Positions 9,176 through 19,905 are shown, counted from the stretch's first letter. The stretch: 64,000 bases of DNA from an uncultured delta proteobacterium (GCA_963808235.1 CAWEEQ010000004.1:128001-192000), one strand, 5' to 3'. Notes: generated by a model from the letters alone, not told the origin. Translations and numbers: made by a program.

Positions 9176-10354
9176 CTAACGCCGGCGCGTCCGCGCTTCG
9201 CGAGCTTCTCGCGCGCGCATCGCCTCTGCCGGTGTCATGATCAGACGCGGCTCTTCGGCGGCTTTCTGCTGCTCGGCCGCTGCGAGCGTTCCGAGCTGGG
9301 TGCGGATCAGCGCCTGGAAGAAAAGAACCTTGGTCACGTCGATTCCGTCGCGAAGGCGCGCCGCCGCGCTCGCCGCCCATCCTGCCTGGACGCGGCGCTT
9401 GTCGCGCGCCATGTAGTACGCGAGATCCTCGAGCCGTCGGCGAATCCGCGTGCCGTTATCGCCCGCCAGGATTTCGGCGGTCGCGCGATCGATCACCGCG
9501 TTGACCCGCTCCTGCTTGTGAAGCGGATTCAAAACGATCACGCTTTCGCCGGCGCGTTCGATCTCTTCGACGTACGGTTTGATCAACGCGGCGTGCAGCC
9601 GCCATTCCAGCAGTTCAGGTTCCTTCAGCAGCTCGACAGACGGCTCAGAAGCGATCTCGTTTGCGAGCTCCGCGTATACCGGATGAACCAGCTCGGTCGG
9701 CGGCGGCGCCGCGATCATCTCGGCGCGCAGCATCAGGAAATTTCCGACCTGCGCGCGCCGCGCGTCGGGCGTGACGCGATAAGCCTCGCACACGATAAAG
9801 TCCGCGAGGCGCCAGTCGGCATCGACCAGCTTCATCTGTGCGCGGCGCTCCAACTCTTCGCGCTCCGACTTGAGCTCGCGCCGAGTCAGTCCCGTATTCT
9901 GCGCGCCGACCAGGCCCTCGGCGTCCGAGATCAGCGCCCACATTCGCAGGACGCCACCCTGCATCCGCGGCTTCACGATCCAGACGATACGCGCGCCTTC
10001 GGCGTCGATCGGCGAGAGCATCGCGGCAAGCTCCGAGCTTTGCGGCGGCGCGATCTTCGCCGGCGCAATCGGTCCGGCGACGGGCTCGATCCCATGCTGT
10101 TTGAGGCGGAACAGCGCGCGCCGGATTTCACGGCGCAGCGCCCCAGCCGCGCCGGCTTCCATTTCGGCGAGCATCGAGGCCGCCTGCTGGTCGATGACGC
10201 CGCCGAGTGCGCGCGCGATCGTCGTTTGCGAAACGTCCGGCCGCGCCGAAAGCTCGCGAAGTTTCGCAACCGCCTCGGGCGCTGCGATCGCGGAGTCGAA
10301 GCCGGCCTCGAGCAGCTTCGCGTCGTCAGGATCGATTTGCCGTGAGTGACTCAA
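9176..10354 (-). CDS. Hypothetical protein (helical, 392 aa)
   Basis: Long ORF with host-like codon usage; no motif recognised. Confidence 0.75.
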   Translation of the reverse strand: MSHSRQIDPDDAKLLEAGFDSAIAAPEAVAKLRELSARPDVSQTTIARALGGVIDQQAASMLAEMEAGAAGALRREIRRALFRLKQHGIEPVAGPIAPAKIAPPQSSELAAMLSPIDAEGARIVWIVKPRMQGGVLRMWALISDAEGLVGAQNTGLTRRELKSEREELERRAQMKLVDADWRLADFIVCEAYRVTPDARRAQVGNFLMLRAEMIAAPPPTELVHPVYAELANEIASEPSVELLKEPELLEWRLHAALIKPYVEEIERAGESVIVLNPLHKQERVNAVIDRATAEILAGDNGTRIRRRLEDLAYYMARDKRRVQAGWAASAAARLRDGIDVTKVLFFQALIRTQLGTLAAAEQQKAAEEPRLIMTPAEAMRAREAREARTRRR

Positions 10355-10389
10355 TTAGCTGATGCTACTTTACGGGGGTCGTATTTGAA

Positions 10390-10896
10390 ATGAAAAACCT
10401 CGAAGCCAAATTTCGTCTCGGCGGTCTCGCCCGTGCCGAGTCGCGCGCGATCGCGATAGGATACTCGCGGCGCGCGATACTCAATCAGCGCGACACTTTC
10501 TTCCACGTCGCCAATGGCAAACTAAAGCTGCGCGAGGAAGACGGCGGAGCCGCGCTGATCTTCTATCGGCGCAATGACAGCGGTCCGTTGATGCTGAGCG
10601 AGTATGAGATTGCGCCGGTCGCCAATTCCGCGACGACGCGTCATATCCTCGACAGTGCGCTCAGCACGCTCGCCGTGGTTGAGAAGGTCCGAATTCTGCT
10701 GATGCGCGACAACTTGCGCCTGCATCTCGATCGGGTCGCATCGCTCGGAGAATTCGGCGAAATCGAGGCGGTGATCCCGGGCGGCGACGATGCCGAGCGC
10801 AGCCGCGCCGCCGTTGATGAAACGCTCGCGGCGCTCGGAATCATTCCCGCCGACCTGATCGATACCTCCTACTTCGAGATGCTCGCTGGCCGCTAG
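10390..10896 (+). CDS. CYTH domain protein (class IV adenylate cyclase-like)
   Basis: NLEAK (ExExK-like), QRDTFF, LKLRE, HLDRV..LGEFGEIE. Confidence 0.88.
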   Translation: MKNLEAKFRLGGLARAESRAIAIGYSRRAILNQRDTFFHVANGKLKLREEDGGAALIFYRRNDSGPLMLSEYEIAPVANSATTRHILDSALSTLAVVEKVRILLMRDNLRLHLDRVASLGEFGEIEAVIPGGDDAERSRAAVDETLAALGIIPADLIDTSYFEMLAGR

Positions 10897-10909
10897 TCCG
10901 CCGCTACTG

Positions 10910-12487
10910 TCACGCCGGCGCTTCCACCAGGAGCTTCGGTTTTCGCTCGGGCGGCAGATTGTCGTACAGGTCGGCGCGCAGATCTGACTTGAGCTTCGCG
11001 TAGCCCGGATCGTCCCATAGGTTGCGCCATTGCATCGGGTCTTCGCGCAGATTGTACAGCTCACCCTCGGTTCCGTCGTAGCGGAGATCGGGAAGCTTCT
11101 GCCGCGGCGCGAGCATCGGCGGCAGATTCGCGAAATCGAAGCCGACGTCGCGCGTCGATTTTTCGTAAACGGTCAGCGTGTATCCGTCGCGATAGATACT
11201 GCGCAGATGCATCCCGATTGCGGCGAACTGGCTGTCCCACTCGGTGATCACGCGCTCGCGGCCGGAGCCCGGCGCCGTCGGCAGCGGCTTGCCCTGCATC
11301 CATTCGGGAACCGGCACGCCCGCGATCTGGCAAAACGTCGGCGCGAGATCGAGCTGGCCGACGGGCTCCGCAACTTCGGCAGGCGCGACATTCGCCGATG
11401 GCGCCGGGCGCCAGATCATCGGCAGGCGCATCAAAGCGTCGACGTGATACGGTCCCTTGTAGAGCAATCCGAAGTCGCCCTGCAGCTCGCCGTGATCGGT
11501 GGTGAAGATCACGTCGGTGCGCGATTCCCATCCGCGCGCCGCGACGCGGGCGAGCACGCGTCCGCATGCTTCGTCGATCAGTTCATTTTCGACGTGCGTC
11601 ATCGCATTCACTTCGCGAATTTGATTTTCAGTGAGCGTGCTTGGAATGAAGGTTCCCGGGCCGCCTTCGAAATTCCAGAATCGGCCCTCGTACCAGTCGA
11701 GCCAATGACGTGGTTTCTGCGCCAGTATCTTTTCGATCTTCTCGCGGGAACCGGGATAACCAGGAGGCAGATCGAGATCGCGCCAGCTGATCCGGCGCGC
11801 CTCTTTTTCGGGTGGATCCCACGGATGATGTGGATCGGGAAAGCTCATCCACACGAACCAGTTGTCGTTCGGGTCGAGCGAATTCAGAAACGCGATCGTG
11901 CGATCGGCAACCCAGTCAGTGTGGTAGTGCTCGCGTGGAATCGGATTGTACTTGACCTCGGGCGCGCCGGTGTCGCCGCCCGCGAGCGCGCTGAGTATAG
12001 GCGCGAAGCCAGTCATCTCGTCGGGATGATTTTTCTGCAGCCACTGCGAATAATGCCATCCGCCGATCGGCACGTGCATCGCGAGTTCCATCCGATCGAA
12101 GCCGCGGTACGGACCCGTAGAATCCTCGCGGCCCATGCGATTCTCAAACCATCGTCCCTGCAAGTCGAACGCGGGCTCGAAATGCGCCTTGCCGAGCAGC
12201 GCGGTGCGATAGCCGGCCTTCTCATGGAGATACGCGGCGACGCTCGGCGAGTCGGGCGGCAGCGCGACGCCGTTGGCGAACACGCCGTGGGTGCGCACGT
12301 ACTGTCCGGTGATCATCGTGGAGCGCGCCGGCATGCAGACGACATTTTGATTGTGCGCGCGGCGATAATTTATTCCGCTGCCGGCGAGCCGGTCCGCGAC
12401 CGGAGTCTTTGCGATCGCGCCACCGTTGCATCCGAGCGCGTCGTAGCGCTGTTGATCGGTGGTGATGAAAAGGATGTTGCGTCCCAT
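10910..12487 (-). CDS. Sulfatase-like hydrolase (formylglycine type)
   Basis: NILFITTDQQR, CMPAR (CxPxR), GKAH, FTTDHG. Confidence 0.92.
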   Translation of the reverse strand: MGRNILFITTDQQRYDALGCNGGAIAKTPVADRLAGSGINYRRAHNQNVVCMPARSTMITGQYVRTHGVFANGVALPPDSPSVAAYLHEKAGYRTALLGKAHFEPAFDLQGRWFENRMGREDSTGPYRGFDRMELAMHVPIGGWHYSQWLQKNHPDEMTGFAPILSALAGGDTGAPEVKYNPIPREHYHTDWVADRTIAFLNSLDPNDNWFVWMSFPDPHHPWDPPEKEARRISWRDLDLPPGYPGSREKIEKILAQKPRHWLDWYEGRFWNFEGGPGTFIPSTLTENQIREVNAMTHVENELIDEACGRVLARVAARGWESRTDVIFTTDHGELQGDFGLLYKGPYHVDALMRLPMIWRPAPSANVAPAEVAEPVGQLDLAPTFCQIAGVPVPEWMQGKPLPTAPGSGRERVITEWDSQFAAIGMHLRSIYRDGYTLTVYEKSTRDVGFDFANLPPMLAPRQKLPDLRYDGTEGELYNLREDPMQWRNLWDDPGYAKLKSDLRADLYDNLPPERKPKLLVEAPA

Positions 12488-12511
12488 CGTGGTCTCCTTC
12501 GAACGCGGTGT

Positions 12512-13135
12512 TCAGCTCGCCTTGCCGTCGAGGATCTCGAGCAGGTTGATCGTGATCCTTAGCGTGAGTCCCCAGATTACCTGCCCGCCGTACAAAATCG
12601 CGGGGAATTTCGATCCGCGGGGACGGCCGTCAGGTTTGAATTCGTAGTCGCCGCGAAAACGCGGGTCGCGGAGCGCGCTCAGCGGCACGTCGAAGATTTC
12701 CGCCACTTCGGAAGGATCGGGCCGCAGCGGCGCGTCGGACGGAATCACCCCGACAAACGGCGCCACGATTATTCCGCTGGCGCTGGTATGCATCGTGGGC
12801 AGGCCGCCGAGCACGTCGACGGTCGCGGGATCGAGTCCGACTTCCTCGCGCGCCTCGCGCAAAGCGGAGTCGAGCAGCGTCGCGTCGATCTCTTCGACGC
12901 GACCCCCGGGGAAAGCGACCTGGCCGCGATGACTCGCGACGTGGTCGGAGCGGCGTATATAGATGACGTGGAGTTCGCCGTCGCGCGCGAAGAGCGGCAT
13001 CAGCACCGCGGCGGCATTCGATTTGTTCGCCAACTCCTCGCGCGGCGCGGGCGCGACTGTCTTAAGGGTCTTTCGGATCTGTTCGACCTGGCGGGCGAAC
13101 GCCGCCCGGTCGTTCATCGCTACAGTTGATGGCAT
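12512..13135 (-). CDS. Nudix CoA pyrophosphatase (NudL-like)
   Basis: HRGQVAFPGG..ALREAREEVG, VIWGLT; start approximate. Confidence 0.88.
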   Translation of the reverse strand: MPSTVAMNDRAAFARQVEQIRKTLKTVAPAPREELANKSNAAAVLMPLFARDGELHVIYIRRSDHVASHRGQVAFPGGRVEEIDATLLDSALREAREEVGLDPATVDVLGGLPTMHTSASGIIVAPFVGVIPSDAPLRPDPSEVAEIFDVPLSALRDPRFRGDYEFKPDGRPRGSKFPAILYGGQVIWGLTLRITINLLEILDGKAS

Positions 13136-13250
13136 CGCTACAGATAATCGCGCCGGGCCTGCCGCATGCAAGCGCATGGACTTAAGTTTCGGCCAACTCT
13201 GTGCCTAAGCTAACCTGAATTGAAAGACGGCGTGCGAGTGATTTCATAAG

Positions 13251-14459
13251 ATGCGATACCTGATCGGCAGATACCACGAGATCGCGCTCAAAGGGCGCAA
13301 CCAGTGGCGATTCGTCGATCAGCTGAAGCAGAATCTCCGCGCGATCTTTGCCGACTACAGACTCGGCAACATGCGCGGCGTCGGGCCGCGGCTGTTGGTG
13401 CAACTGCCGGAAGCACTCAGCGACAAAGTCGCGGCGGAGCGCGCGGCTCTCGTTTTCGGACTGCAGAACTTCTCGCTGAGTCATGCGACGGAGCGCGATG
13501 TCGCATCGATGTCGCGCGAGGCAATCAAGCGCGCGACCGGGAGCAGCGCAAAAACCTTTGCGGTCCGCACCCGCCGCGAAGACAAGCGCTTTGCGATGAA
13601 CTCGGTGGAAATCGATCGCGCAGTCGGCGGCGAAGTGCAGGAGGCGCTCGGCTTCAAAGTCGACCTCAGCGATCCGGAACTCACCATCTCGATCGAAATC
13701 ATGAACGACGCCGCGTACGTGTCCGCCGGCAAAATGCCGGGTGCGGGTGGTCTTCCGGTCGGCGTCTCTGGACGCGGGATGGCGCTGCTGTCGGGTGGAA
13801 TCGATTCGCCGGTCGCGGCGTATCGGATGATGAAACGCGGACTCGCGCTCGACTTCGTTCACTTCCATGCGCATCCGATTGTCTCCGCGGCGAGCCGCGA
13901 GAAGGCGGCTGAACTTGCGGCGCATCTCACGCGATGGCAGGCGCGATCGACGCTGATGCTGGTGCCGTTTGGAAATTTGCAGCGCGAGATCGTCGCCAAC
14001 ACGCTGCGGCCGTTGCGCGTGGTGCTGTATCGGCGCTTCATGCTGAGAATCGCGAGCGCACTTGCCGAGCGCTCACACGCCACGGTGCTGGTCACGGGCG
14101 AGAGCCTGGGCCAGGTCGCGTCGCAAACGCTCGAGAACATGGCGGTGATCGAGAAGGCGGCCGGGTTTCCGATCCTGCGCCCGCTGGTCGGGATGGACAA
14201 AAACGAAATTATCGATCAGGCGCGGAGGCTCGGCACCTTCGAGACTTCAATATTGCCAGACCAGGACTGCTGCACGCTGTTCGTACCGGCGCATCCCGAA
14301 ACGCGCGCGCGAATCGAGGAGGTCGAGGCGGCGGAAGCGCGCTTCGATATCGCGAGGATGATCGACGACGCGGTCCGCAACACCGAAGTGGAGCGTTTTT
14401 CGTTTCCGCCGCGCGCGGCCGAGCCGGTCAGCGCCAAATCGTCAGAATCGCAGTATTGA
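13251..14459 (+). CDS. thiI: tRNA 4-thiouridine synthase (THUMP + PP-loop, no rhodanese domain)
   Basis: YHEIALKGRN, LLSGGIDSPVA, TGESLGQVASQT, RPLVGMDK, DCC. Confidence 0.93.
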   Translation: MRYLIGRYHEIALKGRNQWRFVDQLKQNLRAIFADYRLGNMRGVGPRLLVQLPEALSDKVAAERAALVFGLQNFSLSHATERDVASMSREAIKRATGSSAKTFAVRTRREDKRFAMNSVEIDRAVGGEVQEALGFKVDLSDPELTISIEIMNDAAYVSAGKMPGAGGLPVGVSGRGMALLSGGIDSPVAAYRMMKRGLALDFVHFHAHPIVSAASREKAAELAAHLTRWQARSTLMLVPFGNLQREIVANTLRPLRVVLYRRFMLRIASALAERSHATVLVTGESLGQVASQTLENMAVIEKAAGFPILRPLVGMDKNEIIDQARRLGTFETSILPDQDCCTLFVPAHPETRARIEEVEAAEARFDIARMIDDAVRNTEVERFSFPPRAAEPVSAKSSESQY

Positions 14460-15660
14460 TCGTGAGCGTGATGAGCGTGATTGGCACGCCGACGCGAAGA
14501 TAGTCGGCAAACGTCACATTGATTTTTCTAAGGCGCGCCTGCTCGATCACGATCAGGTTGGCGATCGATCCCAATACGGTTAGATTTCCTGCGTAGGTGC
14601 TCGCGCTTGCGATCAGCAGTGCGACTTCGCGATGCGATCCGAGCGCTGGATAGAGCGGACGAAACAGCAGCACGGCCGGCACGTTGCTCATCAGGTTGGA
14701 AAGGATCGCGACCACGACGGTCAAAGTCACCGGATGCGCCAACTGTCGCGCGCCGACGATGCTCAGCACTTCGGCCGGCATCCCGGTGGTCTCGAAACCA
14801 GCGACGACGATGAACAGTCCGGTGAACATCGCGAGCATCGTCCAATCGATCAGCCGATAGACGCGCTGCGGTTTGATTCGCCGCGTGAACAGCAGGATCA
14901 CGCCGGCGCCCATCGCGACCAGATCGGTGCGAAACCCGGCGACGAACATCGCCAACGCGCCGACCGTCACGATCGACGATTTGACGATCAGCGGGCGGAT
15001 CACGTGAATGGTGCGCTGAGTGGCGGCGACGTGAGACCGACGCGTTCCACCAAGCGACTTTCGGTAGAGCACCGCAATCACGGCGAAGTCCGCGGCGAGG
15101 CCTATGATGGCGGCGGGCGCGAGATGAAGTGCGAAGCTCGCGTAATCGAGATGCGCGAAGCCGACGACGATCATGTTCTGCGGATTGCCGGTAATCGTCG
15201 CGGCGCTGCCGATATTGCTCGCGGTCGCGAGCGCGAGCAGCAGCGGGACGGGATCGACGTTCGCGATTTCGGCTGCGTCGATCAGCAGAGGCGTCAGCGC
15301 GAGACATACCACATCATTGATGAAGAACGCGGCGAGGATGCCGGCCGCCGCGACGGTCATCGCGAGCATCCCGAATCCCGAGCGTGCCTGACCCAGCATC
15401 GCACGCGCGAAGGTCGCAAGCGCTCCAGACAGGCGAAGGTTCGCGACGACGATCATCATCCCGAGCAGCAGCGCCAGTGTGTGGAAATCTACGGCACGCT
15501 CGGCGGCACTTTCACTGAGCGACCCCGAGGCGACCATCGCGACCGCTCCCGCAAGTGCAGCGCCAGTGCGATCGATCCGCAGCCATGGGATCTTGCCAAG
15601 CGCGATCACGGCGTAGGTGACGGCGAAGATGAGGAGGGTCAGGGCGTGGCCGTGAAGCAT
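14428..15660 (-). CDS. ArsB/NhaD/SLC13-type anion permease
   Basis: Many TM helices; SNIGSAATITGNPQN, SNVPA, GNLTVLGSIANLIV. Confidence 0.88.
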   Translation of the reverse strand: MLHGHALTLLIFAVTYAVIALGKIPWLRIDRTGAALAGAVAMVASGSLSESAAERAVDFHTLALLLGMMIVVANLRLSGALATFARAMLGQARSGFGMLAMTVAAAGILAAFFINDVVCLALTPLLIDAAEIANVDPVPLLLALATASNIGSAATITGNPQNMIVVGFAHLDYASFALHLAPAAIIGLAADFAVIAVLYRKSLGGTRRSHVAATQRTIHVIRPLIVKSSIVTVGALAMFVAGFRTDLVAMGAGVILLFTRRIKPQRVYRLIDWTMLAMFTGLFIVVAGFETTGMPAEVLSIVGARQLAHPVTLTVVVAILSNLMSNVPAVLLFRPLYPALGSHREVALLIASASTYAGNLTVLGSIANLIVIEQARLRKINVTFADYLRVGVPITLITLTINTAILTIWR

Positions 15661-15743
15661 CGTGGTTCAGCAAAATATACCGATCGCCACGCTCGTTCAC
15701 ATTGCGGCGGCATCGGCGATATAGTTCGCGTCGAGGGCGCTAC

Positions 15744-16781
15744 ATGCTTTTCCAGGAACTGAATCATATCAAGTGCAAAACTTATCTCGGTGTGTCGGAG
15801 AGCACCGGCAAGGCGGTTTTGATCGATCCGCTCCGCGAGAAGATCGAGCGCTACCTTGGCGTCCTCGCGTACCGGGGCTGGAAGCTCGATTTGATTATCG
15901 ACACTCACACCCATGTTGACCATCGCAGTGGAGCATTCGAGCTAGGCGAGCTGACCGGAGCGCCGGTCGCGATGCATCGGTTGTCGCCCGCCCCTCACGT
16001 CAAGATTCATGTCGAAGATGGCCAGGTACTCCGGGTCGGCGACCTCGAGATGCGGGTGATATTCACACCCGGCCACTCGCCCGATTCGATCAGCATACTG
16101 GCGGCCGATCGCGTGTTCACCGGCGACGTGCTGATGATCCACGGCACCGGCCGGTCGGACATCGCCGGCGGCGATCCTGGCCAATCCTTCGACTCGATTA
16201 CGCAGAAGCTCTTCACTCTCACCGACGATATCCTGGTGTTCCCAGCGCACGACTACCGCGGACACAGCAGATCCACAATCGGCGACGAGAAGCGCTCGAA
16301 TCCGCGCCTTGCAAACAAGAGCCGCGCTCAATACGTGGAGCTGATGAACAATCTTGGCCTTCCGCTGCCCGACGGAATCCAGGAGGCGCTACAACCCAAC
16401 GAATCCAACGTCGATCCATCGCTGCTCGCTTTCCCGAAACTCGCGCAACTGAACCAGGTCCGGCAAATTGACGCGCGCGAGTTGAGCGATCTCCTCATCG
16501 CAGCCGAGCCGCCCCTGCTCATCGACGTGCGCAGCGCCGAAGAGTACCGCGGCGAGCTCGGGCACATCACGGGTAGCCGACTCGTTCCGCTGGGCGAGTT
16601 TTCGGAGCGCGCGGGCGAACTCACCGGCTTGAAGGATCATCAAATCGTCACGGTCTGCAGAGTCGGAGTGCGTAGCGCAACTGCTGCCGCGATTCTGACC
16701 GGGCTTGGATGCGAACATGTGTCGAACCTGAAAGGCGGCATGCTGGCATGGAATGAAGCGCGGCAGCCGGTCGAACATTGA
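15744..16781 (+). CDS. MBL-fold persulfide dioxygenase-rhodanese fusion
   Basis: THTHVDH, TPGHS, FTGD, PAHDY; C-terminal rhodanese IDVR..EY..GHI..CRVGVRS..LKGG. Confidence 0.85.
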   Translation: MLFQELNHIKCKTYLGVSESTGKAVLIDPLREKIERYLGVLAYRGWKLDLIIDTHTHVDHRSGAFELGELTGAPVAMHRLSPAPHVKIHVEDGQVLRVGDLEMRVIFTPGHSPDSISILAADRVFTGDVLMIHGTGRSDIAGGDPGQSFDSITQKLFTLTDDILVFPAHDYRGHSRSTIGDEKRSNPRLANKSRAQYVELMNNLGLPLPDGIQEALQPNESNVDPSLLAFPKLAQLNQVRQIDARELSDLLIAAEPPLLIDVRSAEEYRGELGHITGSRLVPLGEFSERAGELTGLKDHQIVTVCRVGVRSATAAAILTGLGCEHVSNLKGGMLAWNEARQPVEH

Positions 16782-16801
16782 CCGGGCTCGGGAGAATCGC
16801 C

Positions 16802-17200
16802 ATGGAAATACCGCTCCGAGTCGCGGAACTCGATCACGTTGTGCTCCGATGCCGCGATCAGAATCGCGCCTACGATTTTTACACACGCGTCCTGGGGCTC
16901 AGCGAAGAGCGGCGGATCGAGCAGATCGGACTCATCCAGCTTCGCGCCGGCCGGAGCATGATCGATCTGGTTCCCGCGACCCATCCGCGCGTCGAGGACG
17001 GTCTCAACGTCGATCATGTGTGCATCGGTATCGAGGCGCGCGATTTGCACGAGGTCGCGCGCTACCTGCGCGAGCACTCGGTCGAAGTGATCGGTGAGCC
17101 TGCGATGCGGTACGGCGCACGCGGCGCGGGGCTGTCGATCTACGCGCGCGATCCTGAGGGCAACGTCATCGAGCTGAAGCAGATGCCGCCGGCGTCGTAA
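16802..17200 (+). CDS. VOC/glyoxalase family protein
   Basis: LDHVVLR..FYTRVLG, DHVCI, YARDPEGNVIELK. Confidence 0.9.
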   Translation: MEIPLRVAELDHVVLRCRDQNRAYDFYTRVLGLSEERRIEQIGLIQLRAGRSMIDLVPATHPRVEDGLNVDHVCIGIEARDLHEVARYLREHSVEVIGEPAMRYGARGAGLSIYARDPEGNVIELKQMPPAS

Positions 17201-17362
17201 AATTGCACGCGCGGCTCGGGTCGCGCAGCACGCCTTTTTTCTGATAAGCAGAACTGTCGCCCGTCCACTCTTGAGGGCGCAGTAGCCAACCGCCGAACTT
17301 GTTTTTGGCGAGCGCGCAATTAGAATCGAGCCGTTTGAGGCCCGCGGAGGGGAATTCCGACG

Positions 17363-18520
17363 ATGACCATAACCAGTATTCAAGCCAGGCGCGCAATGCT
17401 CATGGCTGCCATGATTTGCGGATTTTTTGCCGCGGGATGCCAGGGCAAGACGCCCCAGCGTGCGGCCGAAAATTATCTTGGCAATCTGAAACTGTACAAC
17501 TATCCATTCTGCTACCAGGCGCTCTCGCATCAGGATCAGGTCGATCGCACGATCGATCAGTTTCTTGGCGAAGTTCCCATGGCACCCGACGTGAGTAAGG
17601 ACTGGTTCAAAGGGATACTCCGCGCCTACGATTATAAAGTTGGCGATGCGAAGACTGAAGCCGACAAGGCGATCGTCACCGTCAGCGTGACCCGGCCCGA
17701 TCTAGCGCTCTGGGAGCGGACGGTAGACGCTGGCATCAGCGGCGATACCGCGCCGGAGTCGGTCGCGCAAAAGAACCTGACCGACAACAGTTATCCGAAG
17801 GTCACTTACGACGACAACATGGTGATGGTAAACCAGGGCGGCGACTGGCACTTGTTCGTCGATTTTCCGTTCAAGGAAAACATCCGCAAGGAACATACCG
17901 ATGCTGTCGACCTCTATCATAAGCATGACTATGACAAGGCGATCGCGGCCTATCAGAAAATCATCGACGAACTCGACAAGGAGCAAGCCACCGGCAACGC
18001 GGGACTCAAGTGGCAGTACAGCCGCGAGCTGGCCGACATTCAGAACGCACAGAAGCAGCTCCCTGACGCGCAGGCCTACATTCCGAAAATTGTGCTTAGC
18101 AACGTCGATATGAGGATGTCAGCCTCGCGGGTGCCGGGCATCTTCGGCAAGATGACCAATAGCGGCGACAAGGCGCTCGACGAAGTTCAATTCACGGTCA
18201 CCTACTACGAGGGCAAGGGAAAGAACAAAAAGGCGGTGCTGACCGAAGTGCATACTCCGGTCGCGACGGCGCTCGAGTTCACGAATTTTGGGCATCCGGT
18301 GCTGCCCTTCGTTCCCGGTGAAACGCGAACCTTCGGGTTCCGTCTCACCGCGCCGACCGACGTGCAGATGAAGGCGTCGCCGGACCTGACCGTGACGTCG
18401 ATCGTATTCACGCAATCCAGCGCGCCGCTGCCGAAGCCCGCCGCGCCATCGCCGTCGCCGGCCGCATCGCCCGGCGCTAGCGCGGCAGCCGCGGCGCCGT
18501 CTCCGGCAGCTCCGCACTGA
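17363..18520 (+). CDS. Hypothetical lipoprotein with TPR-like segment and C-terminal beta-rich domain
   Basis: Lipobox FAAGC; YDKAIAAYQK; Pro/Ala-rich tail. Confidence 0.75.
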   Translation: MTITSIQARRAMLMAAMICGFFAAGCQGKTPQRAAENYLGNLKLYNYPFCYQALSHQDQVDRTIDQFLGEVPMAPDVSKDWFKGILRAYDYKVGDAKTEADKAIVTVSVTRPDLALWERTVDAGISGDTAPESVAQKNLTDNSYPKVTYDDNMVMVNQGGDWHLFVDFPFKENIRKEHTDAVDLYHKHDYDKAIAAYQKIIDELDKEQATGNAGLKWQYSRELADIQNAQKQLPDAQAYIPKIVLSNVDMRMSASRVPGIFGKMTNSGDKALDEVQFTVTYYEGKGKNKKAVLTEVHTPVATALEFTNFGHPVLPFVPGETRTFGFRLTAPTDVQMKASPDLTVTSIVFTQSSAPLPKPAAPSPSPAASPGASAAAAAPSPAAPH

Positions 18521-18585
18521 TCGAGTTCGGCCATGGCGTTCGGCTATTATGATGCAGGCGCGGCTCCAGGCGCGCACTCAACGCA

Positions 18586-19488
18586 TTGGCGACGACACTC
18601 ACCATCTCGATTCCCACGCACAATCGCGCTGCCACGCTGCGCGAAACGCTCGCCAGTGTCGCGGCGCTCGCGATTCCCGCGGATGTCGATGCCGATTGCA
18701 TAGTCGTCGACAACGGCTCGACCGATGACACTGCCGGAACTATCGAGGCCTTCGCGCGCGCCGCATCGATGCGCGTGCGCCGCGTCTTCGAAGCGCGCCT
18801 CGGTTCGAGCTTCGCGCGGAATCGCGCCGTCGCAGAAACCACGTCGGACTTCATCTTCTTTATCGATGACGACGTGATCGTCGAGCACGATTGGGCCGCC
18901 GAACTTCTTGCCAGCATCCGCAGTCGCGAGCTTGACGCCGCGTGCGGGATGGTTCTGCCGCGATGGTCCTCGCCGCCGCCGGATTGGCTAGGCCCGAGCT
19001 TGTGGGTCAAGCTTGCCGTTCACAACCAGCACGCAATCGCCGCGTCGGCTCCTGAAGCCGTCGAGCAGCTGGTCAACTATTTCAGCGCCAACGTCGGATT
19101 CAGACGCACCACGTTCGAGCGTTACGGAAATTTCCGCGAGGATCTTGGCGTGGTCGGTGGCAACCCTATTTCCGGCGAGGACACTGAGCTGTTCGCGCGC
19201 ATCATCGGGCGTGGCGGCGCGATCGGATTCGCCTCACGCGCGATCGTGCATCATCTGATTCCGCCGGAGCGGATGACCCGCGCGTACCTGCGCCGCAAGA
19301 GTTTTGCTTACGGCGTCGGCAGCGCGTTTGCCGGCGGCAGGACTCACAATCGTCTCGATAAACTGTTCCGCAACGCGATCAGGATGGCTGCGGCCACCGT
19401 GCGCGGAGACCCGGAGCGCGCCATCTATCACGAGCTCGAATGCGCAAATTTTTTTGGCTACTGGCGTGGCCGCATGCTTGCGCGATAA
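18586..19488 (+). CDS. Glycosyltransferase family 2
   Basis: ISIPTHNR, VVDNGSTD, ARNRAV, FIDDD, GEDTEL. Confidence 0.9.
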   Translation: MATTLTISIPTHNRAATLRETLASVAALAIPADVDADCIVVDNGSTDDTAGTIEAFARAASMRVRRVFEARLGSSFARNRAVAETTSDFIFFIDDDVIVEHDWAAELLASIRSRELDAACGMVLPRWSSPPPDWLGPSLWVKLAVHNQHAIAASAPEAVEQLVNYFSANVGFRRTTFERYGNFREDLGVVGGNPISGEDTELFARIIGRGGAIGFASRAIVHHLIPPERMTRAYLRRKSFAYGVGSAFAGGRTHNRLDKLFRNAIRMAAATVRGDPERAIYHELECANFFGYWRGRMLAR

Positions 19489-19491
19489 CGC

Positions 19492-19905
19492 TCACGCTTT
19501 CACATAGTCGAGCATTCCGCGCTTCAGAATCGCGGCGAGATACGGAATCAGCTCGAGATCCTTCATCTCCGCGAGAGTCACCCATCGATGCTCGACGTGC
19601 TCCTCGGGCCGCAGCCGCACAGCCTGGAACACCGTGAGCCGGCACGCGTAGAACGCCTGCATGTAAGGCTCCGAGACCATACTGTGCAGGCCAAGCATCC
19701 GCTCGATCGAAACGTCGAGCGCGGTTTCCTCCTTGACCTCGCGAATCAGGCATTCCTCGAAGTTCTCGCCGAGCGCGAGATGCCCGCCCGGCAGATCCCA
19801 ACTCCCGGGACGATAATTCATTCCCGGCGCGCGCATCAGCACCAGCACCCGGCCGCGATTTGCGATCACCCCGTGGATGCCCACATAAAATTGCTGCTCC
19901 GCCAT
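19492..19905 (-). CDS. NUDIX hydrolase
   Basis: WDLPGGHLALGE...REVKEET Nudix box. Confidence 0.9.
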   Translation of the reverse strand: MAEQQFYVGIHGVIANRGRVLVLMRAPGMNYRPGSWDLPGGHLALGENFEECLIREVKEETALDVSIERMLGLHSMVSEPYMQAFYACRLTVFQAVRLRPEEHVEHRWVTLAEMKDLELIPYLAAILKRGMLDYVKA

